The notes beneath the pieces were generated by a model. That model ran no database searches, was not told where the DNA came from, and saw nothing but the letters and a program-made list of their open reading frames with translations. Made by a program: the position numbers and the translations under genes. Shown here piece by piece: positions 34,600-48,813 of a DNA stretch of 64,000 bases. The stretch's first letter is position 1. Every line of letters starts with the position of its first letter. Source of the stretch: Mobula hypostoma (taxonomy: Eukaryota); assembly GCF_963921235.1 (NCBI RefSeq), contig NC_086108.1:55306001-55370000 (forward strand), given 5' to 3'.

Positions 34600-35945
34600 A
34601 ACTGTCAGAAATGCTGACGTTTAGTTTGAGAAATTCCCTGGATCGATAGGATTTATACCAACCTGCTGAGGGAGGCAAAGAAGGAGATTGCTGTGGCTCT
34701 GAGACTCATGAGTTTTCATTGGCTGCAAATAAGGTACAGGATTACTGGAGGACGGCAAAATGGTTCACACTTTTTCAAGAAACCCAGCAGGGATTGCTGT
34801 GGTCCTGCAAGGCTAACATCAGTAGTAGGGAATTGCTGTATGCATGTGTTTTGACATAGAGTATTAATGATCAGATAGAAAAGCAGGGACTAATCAGAGG
34901 TAGGTCCTGTATGACAACTTAAACTGAATTCCTTGAATTTGTGATGGTGTATCAATGCAAACAAGGCAGTAAATTGTGATTTACATGGTAAAGTCTATTG
35001 AAGACCCATACATAGAGATTGCTTTAAAAGGTTAGAACCCACAAAAGAAGTTGACCAACAGGATCCAAAACTGGCTTGGCAAAAGGAGAAGGAAACTGAT
35101 ATTTGAACATTGTCTTTGGTAGCAGAGTCTGAGAAACAGAGTGGCCTCAGTACAAGTCCATAGATCCTTAATGATGGCAATGCAGGTAGACAACTTGGTT
35201 AGGAAGGCATATTAGGATACTGGCCTTGAAACACACACAAAATGCTGGAGGAACTCAGCAGGTCAGGCAGCACCGATGGAAAGGAGTACAGTTGACGTTT
35301 CAGGTCGAGACCCTTCAGCAGGACGGCATTAGTCGGGACAGTAAATGAGAAGCGGGGAAGTTATGTTCCAACTTGAGGGAAAAGACCTTGGTTGGACTTC
35401 AGTTAGTACTGTGTGCCAATTTGTCACCAAAATATAAGGATGTGATGGTGCTAGACAGGGTGCAGAGAGGATTCACCAGGATGTCATCTGGGGATGGAGT
35501 AGTTCAGTTATAAAGAGAGGCTGAAGAAGCTTAGTCTCTTTACCCTGCAGCAGAGGATAATAAAAGGGACCATGATTGAGGTATATAAAATTGCGGTGTA
35601 TACTGTAGGTAAGATAGAAAGCATAGAATTAGGGTAAGGGAGAAGAGATTGAGAGAGGGTATGAGTGGGGCCCCACCTTCACCCAGTAAGTAGTTAAAAC
35701 TGGATCACTGACAGCGTGTGAAGTATTATCCAGATCAGGGGTTCCCAACCTCGGTTCCACAGACCCCTCGGTTAATGATAGAGGTCCATGGCACGATAAA
35801 GGTTGGGAACCAAAGATCTAGATGGACACTTGAATTATTGGGACATAGAGGGCTCTGGGCCAAGTGTTGGATGATGGGGTAAATGCAGGTTGGCATAGAT
35901 GAGTTGGAGAAAATGGCCTGTTTTCATGCAGCGTGATTCTTTGAG
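34600..35945 (+). mobile_element. Heavily decayed CR1 carrying a Penelope terminal-repeat insertion (35228-35326, -) and an hAT MITE
   Basis: 'gggtgcagagaggattcaccaggatg' (VQRGFTRM), 'catgattgaggtatataaaatt'; inserts visible. Confidence 0.75.
35736..35815. mobile_element. 80-bp hAT MITE
   Basis: CAGGGGTTCCCAACC...GGTTGGGAACC; 8-bp TSD atccagat/atctagat. Confidence 0.85.
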
Positions 35946-37374
35946 TGTGAAAATAAGGAAACAGCTATTCCGGACTGGTGTGAAGACATTTATTTAGCCC
36001 AAGAGAAATGAACCTTTGAAATTCTTACCCCAAATTGGCTTTGGTGGTTCAGTTAGTGAGTATAATAGAGATAAATCAATAGTTTTTTTTTGTCAGCAAG
36101 GAATAGTACAGGAGAGTGCCAGAGTAGTAGAAAATCAGCCATGATATAATTGAGTGGAGGACTGGCACAACAGTCCAAGAGACCTCCTCTTCAAGTTCTT
36201 CAATTTTTTTTATTGTTATGAGCTTTCTCCTTGTAACTTGGGTTTTTGCTGTAGGCCATTTCTTGCAGTGCTGTGAGCTGCGTTCAAAACAACAGATTTA
36301 GAATTGTGAGTCAGTTGGGTAAGAGTAAATGCAAAAAGAAGAATTTTTGAAAGTCTGAAGCACTGATTAATTTTAAAGAAAGAAACAACTCCCTATAAGT
36401 AAACTTATTGAAATGTTTAAACCTAAAATCATGCTATATTTTCCAGCAATTCAGCTTGAGATTTTAGGTTCAATCTAAGTTCAGAACCTTTTGACACACC
36501 CATGAATTTCTCTTTCATTTATGACATATGATGCTAGGTCAGTTTTTAATATCAGATCAGTTTTATTGATTTTCATTTATCCAAGCTTAGTAAGGATGAG
36601 AGATGAAAACTCTTTGAACAAAATTAGGTCAACCCTGATCTAATTGAATGATGGAACAAAGGACAAATAGCCGATCCTCTTTCCTGTGGTAGAACTTTTA
36701 AGTGGATTATTCATTCAGGTTAATATTCCCATTGTATGTTACTTCATTTTGTCTTCTATTCTATATTCCCAATGAAGCCTTTTTTTTTCAAAATTAGATT
36801 TCTTTTATTAAAAATATAGATCACATTAGAGTGACAGTAATAAACTATTTTTTTCTGGTAATCTCATCTGTTTTTCCTCTATTAGATCTGTTGTATTAAA
36901 AGTGTGTCGTTAGCATCGATCCTTTCTAAATGTTTACACCACAGATGCTCCTAGCCATAGACCAAATGACCTCAGTATAACAAATTGTCTTTTATAACAG
37001 AATAATAAGAGCAAGATGCCACAAATTACTGCAATCTTGCTCTGGAGCACAGGTATACAATAGGCTCAGCACACAATTATTAGTCTGTTCTAAGAAACTG
37101 GGTTACGCCAAGGCTGTTATACATGACTTGTTTACTAAAATCTATTGTATGTCTTTGTACAAGTGAAAAATTGGCCTTTTGATCTATTTGTTATCAAACA
37201 TAGATTTCACTTTCCTGGTACAGCTAACCCATAAACACTGCCACATTTGTCACTTTCTGTTTGATTGGATCAGCTGCATGAATTTGCATTTAGTATTTGG
37301 AGATAACAAAGGCATTACTGCAAAAAATATTCATTAAAATTACTGTCAGGTAAATGACCATATTCCCAAAAGTA

Positions 37375-39450
37375 ACTTTTATTAATGTATTTATCTAATG
37401 CTTTTCATACAAACACTGTAATTCAAAGTGATTTCCAATAGGATGAAATGAGACTGAAAATAAAAGATGACACGATGTTAGTCAAAAGCAAGGTTAAATA
37501 CTGTAAATAAGTTTTGAGCTGGCATTTAAAAGATTCAACTAAATCTGCATCACTTATAGTTTTAGATATCGAGTTCCACAGTTTAGGAGAGTAGTTACAA
37601 AAAGCTGACCTGACAGTTATCGTTTGAGGAGATTGCTTAAGTTCAAGAGACCAGCAGAAGAAGACTTGAAAGCTCAAGCAGGGTTATAAAATGAAATTGA
37701 TTCTGTGATGTACTGCAGTCCCAGACCATTGAGAGCTTTAAAACAGGTAAGAGAGCTTTAAAATAAATTCCTAAAAGATATGGGAAGTCGATGCAGAGTA
37801 GTTAGAATGTGAGTGATATACTGTCTCATTCCCGGTTTTGGTTAAAAATCTAGCAGTAGCATTCTAAATAAGTTGAAGTTTGCCAATAGGTTGCTTTGTA
37901 AAGCCAGTAAAAAGTTGTAGTAATCTAGTCTATTCAATATAAAAGTGTGGATTAGTTTTTCTGCTTCATTACATGACAGAAACAGATGCCTTTCTAATAT
38001 TTCTTAAGTGTAGAAATGCTGCCCTGGTCACTTCCTTTATCTAGGATTTAAAGCTCAAATCTGAATCAAGGATAACACCGAGGCTTGTTACTAATTTTAC
38101 AGGGAAGCTAAGTTCCCAAGCTTATCAAGAATATGATCTCTTTTTGGTTTTGGGACCAACAGAAGTATTTGTTCTACCTCCATTTAGTTTTCAAAAATTA
38201 CTGCTCATCCGGAAGTCAGAGAAAATGGGATATTATCATTATCAGGTTCAACAAAGATAGCCAATTGTGTGTCATCTGCATAACTGTGGAAATCAAGGTT
38301 GTACTCTCTTATGACATCTCCTAAGAAGAGCATGCGTAAGGAGAAGAGTAGTGGCCCAGGTCAGCTTCCCTGAGCAACATCAAAAGGTATGTTGTATGTC
38401 TTAGAAAATTGGCTCCAAGACAGACAAAGCTTTTTCTGTCCAAGATAAATCCAACTGAGGGTGCTACCAGAGTGGCCAATCCAGTTCTCAAGGCAACCTA
38501 GGAGTATGTTGTGGTCAATTGTGTCAAAGGCATCACTTCGATCTTGTAGAATTAGAACAGAGACCCTGTTGGCATCAAGATTGCTGACAATTTTGGTAAG
38601 AGCCATCTCTGTGCTGTGGTTTGCTCTAAAAGTTGACTGAAACTTTTCTAGAATATTGTTCTTATTCAGAAAGTAGAGTTGGCTGAAGATGACTGGCTTA
38701 AGGATCTTGTGTAGGAGACTTTATGTCTTACTTTGTGTAAGATTTTATGTAGAACAGTGGTCAGTGAGTACCTTACTCTCAAGGTTTGTCTATTTAAGTA
38801 GAGGTCTGCCAGCCACCATTTTGAAGGCATCTGGAAAAACTCCAGTTTCAAGGGATATGGTAATGAATTTTCCAGCAGAATTGAAAACTCTACTAAAAGA
38901 GTCTTTCAGAAGTGTGGTAGGGACAGGGTTAAGACAGCAAGTAGATGGTTTACTCTTTATTACAATCTATGTATAGAGTTCTGAATCGGACATACCTGTC
39001 TATGCTGTCTTTTTACAAGGTTGGCTATAGAGGTTACCAGTATCTGTAGTTTATACTCTCCCTAATGGAGTAATTTTGTTGATTTAAAAAAAAAAGAAAT
39101 ATTGTGAATTTCTCACATTTTATGGCAGATGCTTGACTGAGGATACTGTAGGTTTGGACAGGGCTCAACAGTTGGTTTCTAGTTGAGAATAATACTGTAT
39201 TCCTGAATTGCTGCTATTCTTTCTAATGATGTGGGAAAAATGGGCTCTTCTTACAGAGAGTGCAGCAGCGTTAAGAGGTTAGTTTTTCCTTGAAAATATT
39301 ATGGTGGACTTCTATCCCAGTTTTCCTCCATTTTCTCTCAACACTCTGAATGATCTTTTGAGCCTGCAGATGGAATTATTTAACTGTAGTGATGCTTCAC
39401 TAAGTGATTTTTTAATCCTAAGTGGGTTAATGGTCTGATAAACTGCACAT
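37375..39450 (-). mobile_element. L2-clade LINE (RT region to 3' end)
   Basis: ORFs 38361..38606 (VSVLILQDRSDAFDTIDHNILL..VAQGS) and 37423..37677 (SAFCNYSPKLWNSI..FKCQLKTYL). Confidence 0.85.
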
Positions 39451-40789
39451 GTTTAATGCTTTTTCTGACCATAAACCACAAAGCATATTGACCAAATTAG
39501 AATTATGTCTTTCTACTGATATAAAACTTAACAATAAAACTCATAACAGCTATTTATTTGGCTTAATTTAAAATACTTTTGGAAAATGTAATTAACATAA
39601 ATTGAAAGTTCATGATAGTCTGTTGCTTGCCATTTTTTTTTAAAAGCTATTATTTTGTGGATCTTGTCATTGACAAGACAGCATTTGTTGCTAATCGTCA
39701 CCATTCTGTTAAATACTTTTTGGTGAGGAATATATTTGCTCTCACATCAGCACATTTTCCCACTTTGCATATATTAGCATATTCTTTAAAAATTATTTCA
39801 AAACGTCAGTCATTCTAGGATTGGATTTGATGCAATTGGGGGGAAAAGTCTGATTATGCTATCCTTCATAATTTCATCATCAAAATAAAAATTAAACTTC
39901 AATACCCAATCATTCTTCATTTTGAACACTTCCAACATATCAACCTTCATCAAACTTGTGTACTAATAGCAGATGCTGAAAGATGCCACTAAAATCTTTC
40001 CAAAATCTTCAAAATCCACTATGAAGATGATCAAATTGACACCTACATCTTCTTCTAAGCCAGCATCTCCATTATTGAAGTTCCTGTTGTATTCAGCTCT
40101 GTCAGGCTGACTATATTGAATATGTAGTATAGGACTTCAGAAGTGGACACTATTTGGAGCCCTGATTTGGAAAGTTGTTTTCATCTGTCCAACTGAAAAT
40201 ATTCATGGATATTCTCAAAGCCTACCAAAACTGCAATATCTCTACTAACTGCAGATTCCATGACCCAAATGGAGAGGGTACTTTCAGCATGGTATCAAGA
40301 GCCTCAAGATTGTTCATTGTCTACCAGAACGAGTTTCAGCTTACAAGCTACCCATCGGCCTCTGAAGTCAGGCACTTCCTGTGAAAGATTCTGTGGTTTC
40401 TGCACTGGCCTCATCAGTAATCCCCAAATCCACAGAAATGGGATGAAAGAGTCATGCTCTATCCTGGAAGGCTGCATAAGAACAGTAGAAGTATTATTTT
40501 TAACTTGATCTTGCTGTAGCCATTTTAAGGCCTATGAGGTTTGGTATTTTTATTCTATGTGTTTGGTTGAATAGACAGATCCAATTTGCACTTGATACTT
40601 TGACCTTTGTTCATGGTTCCAGTAAGCTGTTGAACTGCAGAATGCAACAGGGTGATAATTGTTCACACGAGAATGAGTATCCCGTACTGTGGTGCCAGCA
40701 ATATTCCTTGGGCATGTGAGGGAGTAAAAGCAAATAATGGAGTGTAATGTCATATGAAAATGTAGCAATGGTGGGAGTTCCACAAATGT

Positions 40790-41490
40790 ATAGAAAGAAG
40801 CACCTGCATGTAGTGTAGGTTGAAGGGATCAGTGACAAATCATATTCTCATTTTATGCATTGGGCAAATTCCAGCTCCAACCAGAGAGTTCAGACGTCTG
40901 TGCTTATTGCACAATTGCATCACAATTGCCAAATACCCCATCATTAATGTTCTTTCTTCATCTAGCAACCATCTTCATTGATATTTTAGAAACCTGCCTG
41001 GATCTGCTGCGGAAGTACTTTAGCTTCAGTCGTTTTCTTGGAACCAGTCAGAAACATGATGTAAAATCCTCTACTTGTCTGAATAATTGCAGCTGAACCA
41101 AGAAACAACAATATTTATACAAAACAACCTATTTCAATGACACAGTAGTCCCTTGCCTTAAAACCATGTAGTCTTCCCATCAAGAAACAACATGGCTGTA
41201 TTGCACCACTTACAAAATACTCGAGCACAGCAAGCAGCTCCCACATCATCGGTTAGGACAACAGGCTCAAAGGAACATCTCACCTGATTTCCTTCCAAGT
41301 TGCCCAGTACGCCAACTTGGACATATCACTTGTTTCTTCTTTGGTCATGATCAAAATTCTATAACCTCCCATCTAGTGATGTTGTTGAAGAACCTTACAA
41401 TTGGAACTTGGGGCAGTTTAAGAAGGTGGGAATCCACTGCTTTTTCAAGGAGTAAATGGTGAGACATAAATATTAGCCTTTCCAGCAGCA
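40790..41490 (+). mobile_element. Ancient LINE 3' fragment; a related copy lies antisense at about 45225-45655
   Basis: 'tcaaaattctataacctccc' near 41350 versus 'gagagtttcaggattttgacc' near 45300; highly degraded. Confidence 0.45.
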
Positions 41491-42403
41491 GGCAAACCTA
41501 TCAATGTAGTAAGTTTTAAGTTTCTTTCCGTCAATGGATGAATTTTTGACAGGTGTGTGTGCTTGTTATGCAGTATTCAGCTTTGTTTGCAGTGAATGTG
41601 AGAATATTGGACACAAAATGCAGTACAAAATAGATTTACGTTTTACATAACATTGGCAGTTACTGCAGTTGATTGTGATATAATTGTCAAGTGTGGAACT
41701 CTAATCATTTTGGTTTTGACATCCTTCAGTTTAAGCTGAACAAAAGAGTTTACTATGATAAAGGAAGCAAGTATTCAGGTAAAAACAATGTAGGCTGGAT
41801 GAAGCAACTTTGATATATTTGATCTGCTACAGTAGTTATTAATGCACAGACAAAAGCCACAAAATTGTAATCATGGGGTTGAAAATTTATTAGTCTTTGA
41901 CAATTGCCTTGTGTCTCATTTATTTTACTATAATACTTTACAAGTACAGTTTTGGATGTACCATTTGCAGGCTTGTGGTTGACACAAATTGATTGCATGT
42001 TTCAGACCTGTGATAAGGACAATAAATAGCAGTTGGTTGTGTATGAATTGCTATAATTGGCCAATTCTTAAAGATTGATTTATGGATAAAAAATGATATG
42101 ACGTGCACTGAGTGGAACACGGAATCCATATGGGGTTGAGGGCAATCGCCCTGGATGTGTATAATGCAAAGAGTTTGGAATATGAGAACAAAGGGGCAGG
42201 AGTAAGCCAAATTATTGATCAAGCCTGCTCAGCTTCTTTTCAAAATCATGCCTGAGTTTTTAAACCTCAGTGCCATTCTTACAGCATCATTGCCATATTA
42301 ATCAATTCCTTTAATATCTGGAAATCTATTGATTTATGTTTTAGTGGCTGAGCCTTCTCTGCATACCAGAGTACGAAACTTCATTGATTGACACCCTCTA
42401 AGT

Positions 42404-42482
42404 CAGGGGTTCCCAACTGGGGTCAAATGACTGCTTGGTTAATGGTAGGGATCCATGGCATAAAAAAGGTTGGGAACCTCTG
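42404..42482. mobile_element. 79-bp hAT MITE, same family as 35736
   Basis: CAGGGGTTCCCAAC...GTTGGGAACCTCTG; 8-bp TSD ctctaagt/ctctaaat; sits in an antisense CR1 3' fragment (about 42180-42850). Confidence 0.85.
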
Positions 42483-42864
42483 CTCTAAATGAAGAAATTT
42501 CTCCATATCTCAATCCTTCTGAGGCTGAGCCCGGATTGGGATCCGTGAGTTGTCCTATATCCAGCTTGTCGGTCCTTGTAAGAACGGGGCACGTTCCAGT
42601 GATCTGTCCCCCTCATTCTTTTCACCACAAGAAAATATAGTCCTCATCTACTCAATCTTTTCTCGAAGAGCATACTTGGCATCCCAGCAGCTTGTCCCAT
42701 GAATGCACCGTTCAAGTATATAATTTTTTTAATAAAGAGTCCAAAGTTACATATTGTAGGTGTGATGTCGGCAAGCCTGTATAGACTGCAGGACATCTTT
42801 ACTCCTGTTTTTTAATCTCGTGTAACAGAAGTCAACATACCGTTTGCCTTGATAATTGATTGCT

Positions 42865-43135
42865 CTGCAGTAGTGTAGCCAGCAAAACTCGTGCCACACA
42901 GCTTAAGCAAACTTGATTGCTGCTCTGTCTGTGTGGAGTTTGCAGGTTTTTCCCCGTGGCTGCATGGTCCATTGATATGTTAATTGACCTATTTTGTGTA
43001 GATATGCTGTGGAACCTGGGGAGACTTGAGGGGGATGTGGGTGAATTAAACAGAAATAATGGGATTATTGTAAATGGGCATTTGATGGTTGGCACAGACT
43101 GGCCAAAGATCCTGTTTCCATGATATGACTCTGAC
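42865..43135 (+). mobile_element. Degraded HE1-like V-SINE
   Basis: 'gtctgtgtggagtttgcaggtttttccccgtggctgcatgg'; tail 'ggccaaagatcctgtttccatgatatgactct'. Confidence 0.7.
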
Positions 43136-46100
43136 CTGTGTGTTGGTTTTCAGCAATTTGTCTCTTGGGCACCTAGGTTACTTTGAATCAATCCTACTTA
43201 ACCTTTCCCCATTCTGCAGAAAATTCTGCTTTCCTATTGTTTTGCCTCACAATGGATAACTTGATATTTTTGACACTGCATTGCTTTAGTCATGTTCCTT
43301 CCCACTCGGTTAGTTTATGTACATCTCCTTGAAGCCTCATTGCATCCTCCTCCATACTTGCGATACCACCTAGCATTGTATTATTAGCGAAGTTAGAATT
43401 ATGGCATTTGATGTCCTTGGCCGAACTGATGATTGTAGTTCATGAATAGTTGTGGTACAAACAGCTATGTTTGTGGTATTCTACCAGCCACAGCCTGCAA
43501 ACCTGAGTACATTGATTTGTCCACTCTGTTTGCATCTGATAATAATTCTTAGCCTGTGCCAATATATTACCCTAATTCTGTGTTCTCTGACCTGTTTGGG
43601 ACATAGTAAAATTGCATCTAATTATATCTGCGTTTTCCTATTGTTGCATCCTCAAAGAATTCCAGTAATTAGTCAAATGTGGAATTCCTTATGTAAATTC
43701 ACACAGCATAGTAATGAAACAAAGTTCAAAGCACACTTAATATCGAAGTGTATATACTATATGCAACTTGATCTTCATCTCCTTACGGAAGATGACCATT
43801 GATAAATGGATAAATGAACCATTTAGATGTACCATTTAACCACCTTCTCTATGTCAACCATCAAATAGCCACCTGTTGCATTTATCAGCATTTGTTCCAT
43901 AGCCTTTAGATGTCTTGGCAATTCCAAGCCTCCTGCTCAGGCAGTACGGTACAAATTGCAATCACCTGGATGATTTTTTTTCCCCCTCAGATTTCCCCAC
44001 TGCCCTCTGCCCTCCCCCACAAGCCTACTCCCAACACCCTCCCCCCACTCCTCATTGTAAAACTATGCCCCTGGTTTTAAACAAATGTTATGGGAAAGGA
44101 TTTTGGTATCCACCCTATTTAAGCCAAAGGGAGCTGCATGCAGAAAACTTGATCTCCTATTGAGGTTTGGAATTAACCTTCAATGCAAGTTATGAATTTC
44201 TCCCAGTTTTTTTTTATCTCTGACAGTTTACTGGGTCATGTTTTAAGGTCTAGGGATGGATTTTCCAGAGACTTTTGAACTAATCATAGTAAGTTTTTAA
44301 TATTTTCTCAAACGCAGGTCAAACGGAACAGATGTGATTTGTGGTGTGCAGAAATTGAGCTGTGGCAGTAAATAGCAGATGTAAGGAAGTCTGGGTTTAT
44401 AGGTTGGAGCTTAATATCTAATCCGGAACTACTGTCATTTAAAGACACCAAAACCTAGATTTTTGCGCATACATTGCGAAATGTGATAATTCCTGAAGTT
44501 ACTGACTGGTTCAGAGAACCAATTTTGTCATTTTGCTCTGTTGTTGGATTGTACATGCTAATGACTGAGCCTAGTCTTTCTAAGATAGCTTGGTGTTAGG
44601 CTGGTGGCCCAACCTGGGGTATAGGTTTCAGGAATTTGTTAATTTTGATGGGAATTGTTGGGTTTGGGATTAGGAGGCCAAAAGAGAAAGTTATTTTTGC
44701 TTTCGATGCTAGATTAATAGTTATAATTATTTTGAGTTCTTATTTTGTTTATAAAGATTCTTCAGTTTGTATTCCATATAGGTTATAATATCTCAATGTC
44801 AGGGACTTGAATACATTTAGAATCCCTTGGTGTCTTTTACTGCTGGCAAAACTGGGAGTGAAGCTTTGTTACCAGTCGAGTTTCTCAGTAGCAGTGAGAG
44901 AATGAGGTCTCCTCACTGCTCCACTGCTATTGCTGAATATGTGTTGCTGAAGGTCCAGGATACTTTGAACTGGTACGATTAGCACACTTCATGTAGGCCA
45001 GCTGAATCCTGGTGGGGGGAGATTGCAGTGCTGGGAGAGCATGATCTAGCCCGTAATCTGACACTCCACTACTGTGGTGTTTCAGTATTCATCTTTGATC
45101 AGAGGAAATTTTACCCACTCTACTGGAATTTGAGGGATGTTTGACACATACCACTCCCAATGAATGTAGTTGCATAATTTTTATATAAATGTGTGCATAT
45201 GGGTTTAGCAGATTGACTATTAAGAGGGTGGTAATGAGCTACTGCCTTGAATCGCAGCAGTACTTGAGTGTAGGTATGCCTACAATGCTATTGGAGAGAG
45301 TTTCAGGATTTTGACCTAGCAATGGTGAAGGAATAGTGAAATATTTAGAACTCAATATGGTGTGTGGCTTGGAGTGCAACTGTAAGATTGGTGGTATTCA
45401 CATGCACTGGTCCTATGAGCTGATAGAGGTTGTGGTTGGAAGAGGCTATCTGAAGAGTTTGAGGGAATTGCTGAAATGCATCCTGCCAATGCTGTGTGCA
45501 GCCTCTACTGTGCATCAGTGGTGTAGTGAGTGAGTGGTTGTGGATGGGATACTGTTGTGCTCTGTATGATTTGAGTGATACGTGTTCTGTATATACAGCC
45601 GCTTGAATGTTGAAGCTGGAGTCATCCATGAAGAGTATTCTATCACATTCCTGACTCGAAGTTAAGTCAAAACTAAGTTGATGTTTTCTATTATAGAGAT
45701 AAAATTTCTTTGGGTGTAAATTGGGAAAAATCTGGTTAAGATGACACTGTATGCAGAAATAAATAGCATTAGTTGTGTTGGTGTTTCTAAGATTTTTATT
45801 AAAGAAATTGCAGAGGTGATACTATAATTGTCAATTCCCTGTCAATGGAAGAAAATTTTTAACTTGCATGTTATGGGAGAGCACTGGAGCTGGGGCGTTA
45901 CTGGTTGTAAATTATTTGAAGGGAACTACAGAAATTGTAGTTTTCCTTTTAAAATTTTCATTATTCACTAAAGTGGACGTTTTAATACAAACTTCAAAAA
46001 TATATGTTTGTGTAATTACAAAGCTGTGGTTATCTTAGCAAAACATGCCCACTGATGCCACTAATGTAATAAATACCAAAGCTGAAGTGTTTATGATCTG

Positions 46101-46364
46101 TTTTTCATGTTGAAAGATATTACTGTTTTTCAAAGTAAAAAGATTAAATACTTGAATTAAAAACAATTGTGAAAAGATTGCCAAATCTGACTTAACATAT
46201 GAAGAAGAGTCCTAAGTTTAAATTTGGATTTTGGACTTGGATTAATATTTTATTTATATACTTAAATTTATAAGTAATTCCTTAAAAACAAGCACTGCCA
46301 TGTAACTTACTTTGACTGTTTCAATATCAATTGTTTTGTGTTTTACTGGCTTGTGTTACTTTTC

Positions 46365-46990
46365 ATTCATAGTCATACTTTATTAATCCCGGGGGAAATT
46401 GGTTTTCGTTACAGTTGCTCCATAAATAATAAATAGTAATAGAACCATAAATAGTTAAATAGTAATATGTAAATTATGACCAGCCTATTGGCTCAGGGTG
46501 TCTGACCCTCCAGGGAAGGAGTTGTAAAGTTTGATGGCCACAGGCAGGAATGACTTCCTATGACGCTCAGTGCTGCATCTCGGTGGAATGAGTCTCTGGC
46601 TGAATGTACTCCTGTGCCCACCCAGTACATTATGTAGTGGATGGGAGACATTGACCAAGATGGCACGCAACTTAGGCAGCATCCTCTTTTCAGACACCAC
46701 CGTGAGAGAGTCCGGTTCCATCCCCACAACATCACTGGCCTTACGAATGAGTTTGTTGGTGTCTACCACCCTCAGGCTGCTGCCCCAGCACACAACAGCA
46801 AACATGATAGTGCTGCCCACCACAGACCCACTCGTAGAACATCCTCAGCATCGTCCGGCAGATGTTGAAGGACCTCAGTCTCCTCAGGAAATAGAGACGG
46901 CTCTGACCCTTCTTGTAGACAGCCTCAGTGTTCTTTGACCAGTCCAGTTTATTGTCAATTCGTATCCCCAGGTATGTGTAATCCTCCACC
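46365..46990 (-). mobile_element. Young Rex1/Babar LINE 3' end
   Basis: ORFs 46741..46989 (YTYLGIRIDNKLDWSKN..SRLYFLRRLRSF) and 46485..46823 (HPLH..TERHRKSFLPVAIKLYN). Confidence 0.92.
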
Positions 46991-47244
46991 TTACAACCTT
47001 AAATGTTTCGTTACAAAAACTTACAGAAATCAAGTTAATTCAGTACTTCTGCTTGTACAGTGGGGAACTCTAAAGGAAGTCAAAGTCAGAGTGTAAGGAT
47101 TGCTTTTATTGGCTCTGTTCTAAACCAATGGGTTTTGAGTGTAGCTACTTGTTGCGTACCTTTGGATTAATTCTGAAGCATTTTCTCCACTGAGCACTGG
47201 TTGATTCTTCTTTCTTGTTTTTTATAATATCTGACTCAGATAGA

Positions 47245-47585
47245 AGTATAGTGTTCCCTATAGTGGGGAGGTGTAGGACCAAAGGGCAAAGCCTCAGTGT
47301 ACAGGGACGTCCATTCAGAATGGAGATTAAAAGGAATTTCTTTTGCCAGAGGATAGTGAATCTGTAGAATTTGTTGCCATGGGCCGATGTGGAGACCAGG
47401 TCATTGGTTGTACTGTTTGTATTTAAGGCAGAGGTTGATAGGTTCTTGATCAATCATGGCGTGAAAGGTTACAGGGAGAAAGCAGGAGAATGCGTTTGAG
47501 AGGGAAAATGGGTCATCCATGATGAAATGGCAGAGCAGACTCAATGGACTGAATGGCCTGATTTTCCTATTCATTGTGGTCTTGA
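47245..47585 (+). mobile_element. CR1 3' end
   Basis: 'ttctttTGCcagaggatagtgaatctgtagaatttgttgcc..tttaaggcagaggttgataggttcttg'. Confidence 0.85.
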
Positions 47586-48813
47586 GTAAATTCAGATATT
47601 TGCTATCTAGTGTTATAGAGAGATGCTAATGATTCAATAATTGACAGGGCAAATTTATACCAGCTGTGCTATTTTATTTTTAGGATTTTGGAGTGTCTAT
47701 GAAAATTGTTCCACATCAGTATAATGTTCTACTCTCCAATTCCCACCAATGAAGTGAAGACCAATACTTATCACTATTCACTCTTTAAATACCCAATTTA
47801 ATTATAATTTTCCAATGCATTGCCTTTGTTTTGAAATGTAGACTAGTAATGCTTTTGCTTATTGCATGCGAATTAGTTCTTTGCTGTTGCACTTACTTTC
47901 ACTATTTTAATACATCTGTATCTGCACCTGAACTGGAGGGAGGTGGGGCTTGTCTCCATGTGGGAAGGTTTGCTTGTGCTGCACGGGGGCTTTAAATTGG
48001 AGTTGCAGAGTGAAGGGAGCCAAAGTGCCAGAGCAGATAGTGGAGTGGATGGGAAATGTGTTGCTAAGCCTACATGTGAATTTATGATTTGAAAGATTGA
48101 GCATGGTAGGACTGAATTTCACAGTTGTGTATATTTCAATGCCAGGAGTATTGTTGGAAATGCAGATCAGCTTAGGACATGGATCAGCACGTGGAATTAT
48201 GACATTGTAGACATTAGTGAGACTTGGCTGCAGAAGGGACAGGACTGGCAGCTCAGCATTCCCGGGTTCTGTTGTTTTAGACATGATAGAGCAGGGGAGA
48301 ATAAAGGGGAAAGGATGACATTACTAGTCAGGGAAAATATCATAACACTACTCAGATAGGACAGGTTGGAGAGTTCATGTGCTGAGGCTGTATGGGTGGA
48401 ACTGAGGAATAAGGAAAGGATGACCATATCAATAGAATTCTATTATAGACCATCCAACAGTCCATGGGATTTAGAGGAGCAAATTTGTAGCCAGATTGCA
48501 GACTGTTTCAGAAAACATAAGGTTGTGATAATAGCTGATTTTTAACTTTCTACCTATTGACTGGAACTCCCACTCTGTGAAAGGACAGGATAGGACAGAG
48601 TTCATTACATGTGTTCAGGAAAGTTTCCTTCATCAGTACATAGAGGTCCCAACTAGGGGGCATGTGATACTAGATCTCCTGTACCCAGGGCTGACATGCT
48701 GTTACTTGGACCCTGTGGGAGGCAAGTTCAGAAATTGCAGGAACCCTGCAGAGACATTTAGAACATCCCTAGTCACTGGTGAGGTGAGAGAAGATTGGAG
48801 GACACCTAATGTT

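Noticed and set aside
40010..40510. Possible RTE endonuclease fragment
   Set aside because: Too degraded to assign without a search
44318..44380. Possible 63-nt exon (cgcag|...GAT|gtaagg)
   Set aside because: Weak splice signals, a stop in the obvious frame and no recognisable protein; cannot be supported without RNA data
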